A stretch of DNA of 53,964 nt, filler included, from Catajapyx aquilonaris (GCA_000934665.2; 3 parts of 3 records of this genome joined end to end with filler, not necessarily neighbours in it), one strand, 5' to 3'. Positions 24,911 through 36,130 are shown, counted from the whole stretch's first letter. A program made the numbers and translations. Notes: generated by a model from the letters alone, not told the origin.

Positions 24911-25037
24911 TTTTTTGACCTGTCAAAAAAACAACAAAAAACAACAAAAAATCAGGGGTGCGTTCGAAACTTTCTACGTGAAAGTCAGCTGACCGACGCC
25001 ATCTTGGGGTGCGTTCAGTCGAATTAAAAAAACAAAT
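24911..25037. promoter_or_regulatory. 127-bp bidirectional promoter between the C10orf88 and FANCA start codons
   Basis: Divergent ATGs at 24910 and 25038. Direct repeat GGGGTGCGTTC at 24955-24965 and 25006-25016. YY1-type CGCCATCTT at 24997-25005. Confidence 0.6.
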
Positions 25038-25504
25038 ATGGCGGGAAGATGCAAATGTTCTGAAGCTTCAGACGCTTCAGACAATCTTCACAGGCATCTG
25101 AAACAGGTTAGTTCAGAACCATTATGGCCCACCTTTTGCTGTGGCTTTATATTATCAACAAAAAAAAAATTGCAGGTTATGATGAAGGAAGTTATGGACA
25201 TTTCTAAAGAGATAGAGTTGCTTATGGAGCTTCTGGAAGGTGATGGTTTGTCCAGGGAATGTCCTTTTGGATCACATGCGACTCGTTTGGTGGCTATGGA
25301 AATAAGGCGGCTGCTGGATAAGGATACTGCTGGAGGAGACATAGTTTTCATGCCGAAGAGATGGAAGAGTTGGTTCGACTTCTTGGTCGCTTTTGCTGAA
25401 ACAGCGCTGTTGGAGGAAGGGTTCTTCGAAGATGCTGCGTTTCAGAGCTACCTGGATCCAATGGTGCTTAAAAGTGACTCCAGCAGATGCACTGGAAACT
25501 AGTC

Positions 25505-25566
<62 letters not shown>

Positions 25567-28500
25567 GCAGGCAACGCTACATTTTCAGACATTGTTGTCT
25601 TTTCCGGACAATGATGATTGTAAGAATGTGACCTGCCTGAATGTACATGATATGACAACCAGTACAGATGCGAGTTAAATTATGAAGCGCATGCGGTTTC
25701 GTTGAATTTCAGCCTCCGAAGGATAAGTGCGAACTGGACGGAGACGCCTTGGCTAAATTCAGCACGACGGAGCTTTATCAGCTTCTGAAGACGGATGCGC
25801 AAGAAAGTGTTACGGAGGATAAAGAGGTATGTGAAGATTATTATTATGCATCTAACGCAATGATTTTATGATATGCATTTTTTTTAGATTATTTGGCCAC
25901 TGGAAGTGATATGGACGTTGCATGACAAATACATGATGAATTTCTATAGGTATTTGCTCAGGTAAGCAGGAATTTATTAGTTTATATTTTGACGGAATTA
26001 TCATTGAGATTTTATTTCAGGTTGTCCGGGAGTCCAGTAGCGTTCAAAGCTTTTACGGCACAGCTGACCAATCTCGGATGCAATGCCACTGTCATGCAAA
26101 TTCCATTGGCACGACGCATATTCATGGGCATCTTTAGTTTATTACTCTTCATGCAATACTGTGATAAAAAACGCATTTACACTGATCCTTCAGCGAGGGA
26201 AGTGCAGAAACTGAGCGCGTATGTCGTGGCCAAGGCGGGTCAAGCTTTGCTCGATTCTACTTTGACGGAATCTGCGGACTCGAGTTACAACTTTTGGGAC
26301 GTTCTTACCACGGAGAAAGATCTGGAGCCATATCGTCTGCAATTTTGTACATACCAGCTGGAAATTGCCATGACCAAAACTCCAGTCTGTTCACTGTCGG
26401 AAGCCTTGCAAGACCAGCACCAATGGACTATCGCTGGAACGAGCCCAATGCTCATTGATCTACTGAAAAGTGTAATTGTTGTAACATTAATTAATTAATT
26501 AATTTTTCTGTGCAGTTTGTTTCCCGTGTAGGTTCCGCAGAAACATTCAAGGTGATTGAAGGAATTGTGGAAAAGGATGTCATTAACTGGAAATTAATCA
26601 TCCTAATTACATCAGTGGCTTTGATGGAAAAGGACTCAGCAAACGAGAAATTAAATTGTAATATAATCAATGAAATTGAAATGCTGCCAAATTTCATTGA
26701 CATTGAAATTATTTCTTACAGCTACAACTGAGCATCTTTTTTGTACCGCTTTTACAAAACAAGATGAAAAACTCTTCGCCGCTGCCTTATTGTTGACCAG
26801 ACAAGCTTACCTGGAGAACGGCGTTATCACCGAACGTTATTCAAACTGGTTTTACAAAACTTTCCAAAGCCAAGATACAATAGTCACTAATCACAGCTCC
26901 ACTCTGTTCGCAGTGATGGCTTTAACCGGCCTAGTTCCGTACGAAACAGCGTCTTTTTTACGGGCTCAAATAGGGCAGGCTTCCTTGTCGTCCAAGGAGT
27001 ACAGATCATTGTGGAACGATTACGTGGACATAGCCAAGACGAGGCTGAAGGATTTGGCAGAAAGAAGGAACCAAGGCAAGTCTAAGGTGGGTACATGCTG
27101 GTACATTATTAAATTTTTGAAAATAGTTCATAGACAAAATAATTGCAAGTATTTTTTAAAAAACAGATTTCAGACAAAGCCCTAGCTGACGCTTTAGACG
27201 CGCTGAACACATTCGAATCAACTGGAAAGATTCCGCAGAGAGTTTATAAAGTGCACATATTCAGGTCTGCGTACTACAACAATGAATTCCTTCCTGCAAT
27301 TATGGATACAAGGTAAAGCGTCTCAATCGCACCGTTTTTAACAACTCCCATTGTTGCTCTCTTCATTTGCAGCATCTTTCCTGATAATCCGGATTGCCAG
27401 ATGATGTTCATTGAATCGCTGAAGAGCAGCGGGAAGATGCCGGACTCTCTGTATAGCACGTACATGCGTAGACGCAAGAAACTGGACGATAATGCGTGGC
27501 AGGAGGCTCTCGGAAGGGTGGACGAGACGCTGAAGAGATTGACCACTCTCGTGCAGACGTCCAAACTGGACGAAACGGCAGCTTCACAGTTGTCTGCCGA
27601 GCTTGCCGATGAACTCTCCGAGGTTGCCATTAGTCCAGACGGTGACAACACTAGCATTCAGTGGGACGACCTGAAGAGTTGTGATCCGCTTCTCATACAG
27701 GTTTGCCTTTATTTTCTCCCTTCGTTAACAGATATTTAACAATAATGATTACTTACAGGTGGCAAAGATGTTGCTGAAAGGTTGGACTTCACTTGTTGAG
27801 TCAGCCGATTTGCTTCATGATTGGATTGTCAATTGCTACTTCCTGCCGTTGGTTCCTTATTTGGACCTGCAACGGGCTTTGTATTCGTGCATCTGGCATG
27901 CGACTGAACTGAAAGGAAGCGACGATTTGATTCCAGTTCCGTGCCTGGCCGCCCTCTTGTTCTGGATCGGATACTTGAAGGACCAGTTCGCACCTGTGCA
28001 ATTGGCAGGACATGGTTCATTGACTGTGACCGACTGCATTTTTGCCAAAATTAACATCAACAACGACCAAAGCATGCAGCTTTGCTTCGAGTAAGTTCTG
28101 CACTTGACACGCATCGATTGAAATTAATACGACATATTGATGCAGGCTCGCTACATTGCATCTGAAACAGGCACAAGCTCAACGCAAAACTTCCGGAAAG
28201 CATATATGTTCAACTTACGCAGTCAAGAAGTTTATCTTGCTCTACGGATACTTTCATGCCATCAAGAAAACTTCTAAGGAGCACTTGAAGTTGAAGAAAT
28301 ATGCCGAGACCATGTCAACTGTGAGTCGGTTCTTTGTTTGTGGAGAATGTACGTCCTCATTGCAGCCATTATTTTCAGGTGACATTTGAAGATTGGCTAC
28401 AGTTTGAATCGCAGATTGATTTATCCAAAGAGATGCTCAGGAAAGGAATTCGGAGGCTGGATTACATGATGAATATGTTTCTCAATTTCATCCGAGAAAC

Positions 28501-29875
28501 AGAAAGTGCGGAGGAGTCTCTTCAGGCTGTCGTACACCTTTTAACTGATCACAATTCTAGTGGCATTGAGGTACATAAATTGCGATGGTCAGGGTTTTAT
28601 TATTAACCGTTTTGTACAGCATTCCAGTACTCGTGTCCACATTACATCACTCCTGCTGTTAGCCGTTCAGCATGTTGAAGTCCAGACGAAATTGCCACCA
28701 AACACTAGCTGGTTTACCAACATGTGGCTCTCGGACCAATTCAGCGGCAGTAATCAACTCATGTTAGAGTAAGTCTCCACACGTTCTTGATCGTCTTCCG
28801 TGAATCGGAATCCTCCGTAAAGTCATTTACTTGCAGGCTTTCCAAACGTCTTCCTCCTTGGATTTTTGTATCTAATAGTCAGCAAGAAAAACCAACATCG
28901 GAAGCATTGAAGAAGTTAGCTGAACTTTTGAATGGAAAGCTGGTATGGTTTCGTTGGATTGTTGCCCTCTGCAGCGTTTTTTATTTTGTATGTGTTGTAC
29001 TTTTCCAGGAAAATATTCTGCGAGATGGCTTTTGCTACCCTCTTTCAATCGCAAGTCACTTCCTATCTGTATCCATGGATAAGTCGCACATCATCCTGTT
29101 ACTTGATAGTGTCCCGGGTTTGAAGTTGTCACTTTTGGTGAGTGTCGCTTGATCTAGATAGTTGTTTGAAAATAACGTGAATTACTTGCAGGTTCACTAT
29201 TTGGACCTGGGAAAGGATTTGGGAATATTTCACTACGAAGAGGTAGAAAAATGGGCTGTAGCAGTTGCCTCGGGCAGTGTTGCTCCTCGGCTTGAGGCTA
29301 GTCCGAATGAAAAAGCGCTGATGCTGTCGACCCAGATTCTCAAGCGTTCTGGTGAACCTGACTGGGACAAACTGTGGTCCGTCATGGAGACAGATTTGGC
29401 AGCACAACTATTCGAGGTCCTACTTTACCATGCCGCTTCATACAAATTGAATGGAAATGCAAAGCTGCACGTTCATCAGGGCATTTCAACTGCCATCAAG
29501 AATTTTCCATGGGCTTTGGACTACTTGCAACCAGAAAAATATTCTAGCCTGGATATATTTTCAATGTTGTCAGTCGTAACGAAGAAGAAAGTTCCTGTTG
29601 TGGCCCTCCAAATGCTGGCCAAGACTGTGAAGCAAAACCCAGCAATGTTTACATCCAAAACGGCGCAGTTGACGGAGATCTGTACCCGTAATTTTGAAAC
29701 GTGGGAAGGCGGCCATCAGTTTTCGTATCTGACAGCATCGGATTCCGATTGGATCGATAGGGTTGAATTATGCAAATCAGAGAAGATTTTACTACGTCTA
29801 AAAACGCAGAATACGCCACAAAGTACGAGCCAAAATGATAGTTCTTTGTTGATTGTTACGCAAAAGACTACATGA
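25038..29875 (+). CDS. FANCA: Fanconi anemia group A protein homologue, 1247 aa, 16 exons
   Basis: Exons 25038-25106, 25176-25463, 25713-25826, 25888-25961, 26021-26471, 26516-26657, 26722-27086, 27167-27312, 27373-27700, 27759-28090, 28146-28320, 28379-28570, 28620-28768, 28837-28942, 29009-29137, 29192-29875 (3744 nt, open frame). LLLTRQAYLE..YSNWF..LVPYETASFL..YRSLWNDYVDIAKTRLKDL and FESTGKIP..IFRSAYY..FLPA..FIESLKSSGKMPDSLYSTY match recalled human FANCA blocks. AATAAA at 29928. Confidence 0.92.
25505..25565. repeat. (TAA)~20 microsatellite in FANCA intron 2
   Basis: Perfect trinucleotide run; it explains the poly-I ORFs. Confidence 0.97.
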
Positions 29876-30025
29876 GTAGTTCGGATAACATGTTTGTTCC
29901 CCGTTAGCTCCTAAGACTTTGGCTGTGAATAAAGCGCTTATGTTTTGTACTGACGCAACTGTTGTTGGTCCACCGACAATTTAATTAAATAGCTACAAAT
30001 AAAATAACGGTTCTCATGTTGCTTC

Positions 30026-31965
30026 TCAGCTCTCCTTGAGCCGCTTGAGCTGCCTGAATTCTCCTTCCTGTACGGATAATCCTGCAAACAACTCCTTTAC
30101 TTTTCTCTTCCTCTCGACATCCCTGAAATGTTAACAAAGAAAAAGTTAACATACTATTTATGCAGTGTCCCAAAATTGCTAAGATTGACACACACCTTTG
30201 GACTTGTTCCTTGTACTGTTGCTGAGCCAAGAAGGAATTGTCTCTTCGGATTTCCCTAACAGTGCTCTTCAACTCCCGCTTGTACTTGTGTTGGAGTCGA
30301 TCCCTCTCTAGCTTCTCTTTAGATCCAATCCGCTTCTTCCGGCCATCGAATGCCTCGTCAAACTTGGGTTCATACAAGCGGAGGGGCTTTGGCTTTTGCT
30401 TCTCCCCAACCATTGGCCTGAAACTAACAGCCGACTCTCCATCGTCCAGAAACTCTTGCACTGATCTGGTCAGTTCGTGACACAATATGTTTTCCGGAAG
30501 AGCCTTAATTTGTTGCGATATAGTTTCAAATATGTCTCTACATGACGGAAGGCCCTCCCAAAGTCGCTTCAGCTCAGACGTCATCTTGAGCGATACTTGA
30601 AGTGCAGTTCGTTTGAAGGTGTCGTCTGGGTCTTTGCGTGCCCACAGTTCCTCAATTTGAAGCCGATCTGGGAAACTGACCACAGCTCCTGCAGCGACAA
30701 CCAACAGCTGCTTTCCAGCGTCCAGACGTGGAGCTGACTTGGGGACACCCAAAGATAGGACTTCACGCAGAAAGTTGGCCACCTCGGGAAGGAATCGACG
30801 TGTCTCACGCACACTCTGAAATTGTGCCAAGGTTTAGTCGCTTTAACTATCACATTACAATTATTGGCTCACCTCTATTGCAATCCCGCACAGGAAGAGC
30901 CCAACAGCGATGTTTCTCCTGGAGGACGCCAGCTTCTGACCCAGCAGATGAGTGACAAAAAGAATCGCAGGTGTTGCTACGGGATGCTGGAAATCACTTG
31001 TGGGAAACAACATTGTTGCCAGTTTCAGGAACACAAGCTGGAAAGCATAGAGCAAATGTTTAACGTTCATGGCTAACGAGCCAAATAATTATGTCCGCTC
31101 CTCACCACTTCAAATCCCGGATAATGCTTCCCTTTCCGCTTCCTGTACTCCTGGTACTTCTCCTGCAACACGTCTCGGAAGCATGCCCCGTTGGCCGCGG
31201 GAGACAATTGCAGAAGGTCGTACAAAATGTGGGGTGAGGGCCGATATGCATTTGGCTCCCTCTTGTTCTTCGCCTCCATCGCAATCTGATGCACAGTCAT
31301 GCACGTACTGAAGCAGGAAAGCAAAGAGTCGCTCAAGTTTGGCTCCATTCCTCTGTCCTAGGCTCGGATGGTTGCATTTCAGCATCCGTTCCAATATCGT
31401 GGAATGGACGCTGGGAGTGCGGGACTCAAGCAGATTCAGAAGATCCTCGTATTTCGCGGGTACTTCAAAGGTGTACGGAAGCTCTTTCTTGGCATCTTCC
31501 ATCACTTGTTTACGCTTACGAAGGGCATTTTTGCTAGGTACTGTCGGTTCATCTTCCGACTCCTCTGATGAGGATTTTATGTCCGAGTAATCATCTTCTT
31601 CACTGTCGCTCTCCTCCGCATCCCTATAAAAAGAAATAATAATCATCAAGCTGACATATTCACCCTAAAAATTAAATATATTTTTCTCCACAACACATGG
31701 TTACGACTACAGTCCTTACCCTTTCATTTCCTTCAGGTCCTCTTTGTCACTCTCTTCATCATCTGCTTCATTGTCACTATCATTTTCATTGTCCACTTCA
31801 GCATCGTCACCGACACTATCATTCTCGTCAGCATCACTGTCTGATTCATCGCTTGATTTACCATTTGACGGATCATCTCTACCTACAATCTTCCCATCCT
31901 TGTACACAACCTTAAAGTCCTCGTCCTGATCCAGCTGCAGACCATCATCGATATCGTCTGCACTT
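30026..31965 (-). CDS. NOP14: Nucleolar protein 14, 3' portion only, with a +1 frameshift (assembly error or pseudogenised copy)
   Basis: Exons ~31965-31720, 31623-31106, 31037-30873, 30815-30196, 30122-30026. Motifs SADDIDDG..YKDGK, ELPYTF, KCNHPSL, LFPTSDFQHPVATP, RRFLPE, KYKRELK..REIRRDNSFL, RDVERKRKVKELF..QEGE. Extra base in A4 at 31224-31227. N-terminal part not found. Confidence 0.9.
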
Positions 31966-32460
31966 AATTCAATTTCAATACTGGATCACCCATAAGAAAT
32001 TCCATTCATTTTCCTGTTCCCAATGCAGCATTTTATTTTCATGTCCATTATGTTCATTTCTCATCCATGCACTTTTCTATTTGAATCCCATGACACCCAC
32101 ATCCATTTCTCACCCCGCACCCTCCCCTAAACATGAATTGACTTCAGGTTTTCTTATTCACTAATGTCCCCTTTAATTCAGTCCAGTGAAGTTCACCAAA
32201 CACGAATTAATTTAAGTTGGAGTTGAATGGTATCCATCACAGAGTGCAATGAGGAAATGTATGCAATGTAACCCCAGACTTCTTCCTGCTTCCTTCTTCC
32301 TCAACCTTGATTATGGCCATGTACAAGGGTTGCCTTCATATTATATTGTGCGTTCCATGATTGCATGTTACTAATTTTTCTTCTTTATTTGAAACAGGAC
32401 CACCATATAGTTCACAATTATTCAGTGGTGTTATCTAGAAATGTAATACTTGTAAGTAAT

Positions 32461-32463
<3 letters not shown>

Positions 32464-32517
<54 letters not shown>

Positions 32518-32530
32518 TCTCTCTCTCTCT
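32464..32530. repeat. (TC)n microsatellite
   Basis: About 33 units with one interruption. Confidence 0.97.
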
Positions 32531-32995
32531 TGCAGGATCCAATTATTTCATGCCCTGGCCCACAAAACGTCATTCAACAAAGGCTTCAACGTCATTGTGG
32601 AAGGTGTAAAGACGCCCTTATGCCCTATAATTGGCCTATTGCAACAATTACATTGGCACCCTTTAATCCTGTAAAAAGGTTATACCATGGAGACCCTCAC
32701 CATGACAACCAGGCATCAACAATGTCCAGCTTGTTTGGCATTCTACCAACAAACACAAGTTGGCTCATATTTACAACGGTCAGCCAGAGTATATTTTACT
32801 CTTCCTCCCAATAGGTGTCCTTCCCCACCCCACCCGACTTGGCTCTTATTGGGACTCTTGAGACTCCAGTAAAGATGCCGACGGCCACCCTGAGCAAGGA
32901 TTCCGTTTTGCCTCTTATACTAGAGGTCATCGCAAGGTTAGATCAGCAATTTATTTGGCAGCAGCTTATTTGGGTTTTTTTTGCTGGGGGGGGGN

Positions 32996-33036
<41 letters not shown>
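32996..33036. repeat. (GA)n microsatellite
   Basis: About 20 units following a G-run and a single N. Confidence 0.97.
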
Positions 33037-33040
<4 letters not shown>

Positions 33041-33585
33041 GCGACAAATCCCCCCCCAAACAACGACGTCTAGATCTGCCACTGATACAGACTCAATCAT
33101 TGTTGTCACACTCATAACAATAAGGCGTATGTTGCTAGGTTATGAACAGACTCTCCCGCTCCAGAACGCCGTCTTCCAACAAGAAAATGTGGAAAGTCTA
33201 TCAATGCCGCATCTAGAGATGCAGCGCGCAGCGGGGTTGGAAGGGTCACGGAGCTTAGTATGTTCCTCAAGGCTCCGTGGGAAGAGTGGGGTGGGCGTCT
33301 TCTTTCCCCTACCACGAACTACGAACTACAGTCTCTCGTGTACCTGTGCTCGTAGATTGTAGTTCGTGCGCTGTCGCTGCGACAATTCTTGTTGGACTGA
33401 TAGTACATGTATGGGCATTGGACCTAATTGGACCTAAACCTAGTTAAGTCCTTAGAAGAGGCTTGGGATTGTTTCAAGTCCTCCTTAGTGAGTAGTGCTG
33501 TTGATATCTGTGGTATGGCTAAGGTGGGTTGTAAAAAGGGGGCTCGTTGGTGGAACGAGGAGGTGGCTAAGGCTGTTAATCGTAA

Positions 33586-34083
33586 AGGTGGGTTTATACT
33601 CCGCCGTAAGGGGCGAGAAGTAGCAGTAGCGCCGTAAAGAAAGCGAGCCTGCTACTGCAAGCGGTTTATACTAGCTACTGCACGTCTACTGTATGTCAAG
33701 CATTGCCGGATTCCTAGTACCCGTGGTGTCCGCCAGGTGTCCGCAGCTCCGGTCTGCCACGGATTTTGGACTTAAATTTTTTAATACTAAAAACGTCCAT
33801 GGGTCTCGGCAATGATCATATTAGCTGGCCAAAAATCAAATCGTTCCGGGAGTATGCCTTACGAGCCAGCTTTCGGACACATACGGCAAGCATTGCGGCG
33901 CTTTGCGGAGCCACCTTTTTTTTTGCCGTAGTGGCCTTATGACGTAGCTGAAAAGTTGAATTTCGTTCAACTTTTGCAGCGGCCGTAGGGAGTTGAAATT
34001 CATGCCGTAGTGCGCTGGCGATACAGCAGAAGGCGTGCCGTAAGCTGCCGTAGTGCCCCTTACGGCGGAGTATAAACCCACCT
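33586..34083. mobile_element. PIF/Harbinger-type MITE (498 bp)
   Basis: Perfect 29-bp TIR AGGTGGGTTTATACTCCGCCGTAAGGGGC (33586-33614; 34055-34083). TAA duplication at 33583-33585 and 34084-34086. Removing it restores the LINE frame. Confidence 0.92.
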
Positions 34084-34579
34084 TAAGAAGGAGGCTTACT
34101 TAGGAATGCTGCAGGGTAGTGTCCCTGCAGGGGAGTATAAGTTTTGGAAGCGGGAGGCAGCGCGGGTTGTTACTCTGTAAATTTCTTTGAGTGGTTTTTA
34201 GCCCCATTTGAGCGATTTTTCACTCAACCTTCACCTTAAAATTGGAAGCAATCAATTTGAGTCGTTTACTTGAGCACTTTTATGTCGCTCAAAATGTGAG
34301 CATTACCTGAATCAGTTTGAGCACTATGTGACTCCATTTGAGTATAAATTCTTCTCAATTTGAGTATTCTCAAGACCTCAAATTTGAGTGATTTACCTTC
34401 ACTCAAATTTTGTGCGATCCTACCCCTGACCTTTTTCCTACAATACTAAGAATTGTTGCAGTATCACTACGAAAGGTTCATTAAGATAAACATGTTATTT
34501 TCTCCATAATAGCGCTTATAATTGTTTAACTCGAAAATGGGCCACGTTCATCAAAAAGCAGAATTTATAATAGCAATAC

Positions 34580-34921
34580 GAGGGGAGACGGAGTGGCGCC
34601 GCGGTAACGTGCGCGCCCACGGATGTTAAGGTCCCGGGTTCGATCCCAGCCCGGGGACACCCCCTTCATCTCGTGCAGAGGTCGGTCACCTCTGGCTTCG
34701 TCTCGGGTGGTATTTCCTACAGACTAAACCACCCGGGGGAGCTCACTAAAAATGGCCACACGTCAGATGCACTGCACTTGCACATCCCCTCCTGTCATCC
34801 TGCCCGTGGGCCCGGGCGATACGTATAAAGGCTCCAATGTACACAACAAATAAAGGTCCATGTGATAAACCCAGATAGGGTGAAAGCATTACCCAACCAA
34901 TTATATTATATTATTATATTA
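34580..34921 (+). mobile_element. tRNA-derived SINE (same family as 49875)
   Basis: B-box GGTTCGATCCC and (ATT/ATATT) tail. 15-bp TSD TTATAATAGCAATAC at 34565-34579 and 34922-34936. Body nearly identical to 49875-50242. Confidence 0.9.
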
Positions 34922-35004
34922 TTATAATAGCAATACTGCAGCAGTCTTGCCATATATACAACACTATAAAATGTGCTGTATGAATTCTTAGCAGCAATTA
35001 AATA

Positions 35005-35601
35005 CAACACATAAATAGACAAATACCATTTATTAAATATTCATATTATTTACATTTATACAACCAAATAACTCTTCATGAGCCCTGGGGCTCCTTTCCG
35101 TATCAAAGACCACAATAGTATTGTTCAAGAAAGTCAAAAACATGGATTTTATAATTATTGGATTATTTTTTTTTTTACTTTCTTGAGGAGTACTACATTG
35201 TGGTCTTTCATATATCAAAGACCACAATAGTACTGTTCAAGGAAGTCAAAACAATTAATCAAATTATAAGTACCAGTAACATAAATGTGACAATAATACT
35301 TATTAAATGTTCACATTATTTATACAACCAAATAACTGTTCATGAGTAGCCCTGGGGCTCCTTTCCCTATCAAAGACCACAATAGTACTGTTCAAGATAA
35401 TTTAAAAAAAAAAGAATCAAATTATAAGTAACATAAATGTGACAATACCCAACTGGATCATAAATGAATGGAAGGGGGAACATCCTTATTAAACACTTAT
35501 TCAAGACTTACTAAATGTTCAGATCATTATTTTATGCAACCAAATAACTATTCATGGGTAGCCCTGGGCCTCATTTCCATATCATAAATCCCACCATAGT
35601 A
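35005..35601. repeat. Degenerate tandem repeat, ~155-bp unit, 3-4 copies
   Basis: Recurring CAACCAAATAACT..CATGAG..CCCTGGGGCTCCTTTCC.TATCAAAGACCACAATAGTA blocks near 35060, 35325 and 35537, with a partial copy at 35214. Confidence 0.8.
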
Positions 35602-36030
35602 TAGGGAGAGTAAGAAGCAGGTAGATCTAGAGATGATCTAGAGGAGAGTGAGAGGCTGGAGAAGGCCTACAAGGAGGATGAGAAGTCTTTTTGAAAGACT
35701 GTTAGGAGGTTAAGAACTGGCCATGGGGTTAGCGTAGTGGGTGTGAATAAGGATAAGAAGGGTGACATGCTATGGGATGGAGAAGAGGCGAAAGGTCGTT
35801 GGGGAGAGTATTTTATGGACTGGCTGTCAGCCTGGATAGTGTCCTTGAGATCGAGTAATGGTAGAATGGATGGGGAGATTGATAGGAGAGTTAGTTCTGG
35901 GTTGAAAGTGATAGGTGTCGACAAGTAAGTTTGCTAGAAATAAGGACTTATCTTCTGCCTGTAGGTTGTCTGTCTACTCTCACGTTATTGTTCCTTCACT
36001 TATGTATGGTAGTGAAGCGTGGGTCTGGTC

Positions 36031-36130
36031 NNNNNNNNNNNNNNNNNNNNNNNNNNNNNNNNNNNNNNNNNNNNTTAATTAATTAANNNNNNNNNNNNNN
36101 NNNNNNNNNNNNNNNNNNNNNNNNNNNNNN
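36031..36130. other. Artificial contig-joining spacer N44-TTAATTAATTAA-N44
   Basis: Identical to 17846-17945. Confidence 0.97.

Larger units (their letters stand above)
33390..36030 (+). mobile_element. Decayed RTE-clade LINE fragment interrupted by two insertions
   Basis: Joining ~33428-33585, 34087-34172 and 35604-36030 gives EEAWDCFK..RWWNEEVAKAVNRKKEAY..KREAARVVRESKKQ..KDKKGDMLWDGEEAKGRWGEYF, then after an internal deletion GEIDRRV..VPSLMYGSEAW (typical RTE ORF motifs). Contains stops and frameshifts; RT core missing. Confidence 0.85.

Noticed and set aside
26487..26504. TTAATTAATTAATTAATT resembling the artificial spacer
   Set aside because: No flanking Ns. It lies inside a normal 44-nt GT-AG FANCA intron.
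31980..32360. Possible LINE endonuclease remnant upstream of NOP14
   Set aside because: Only vague resemblance with many stops; not supportable without an alignment.
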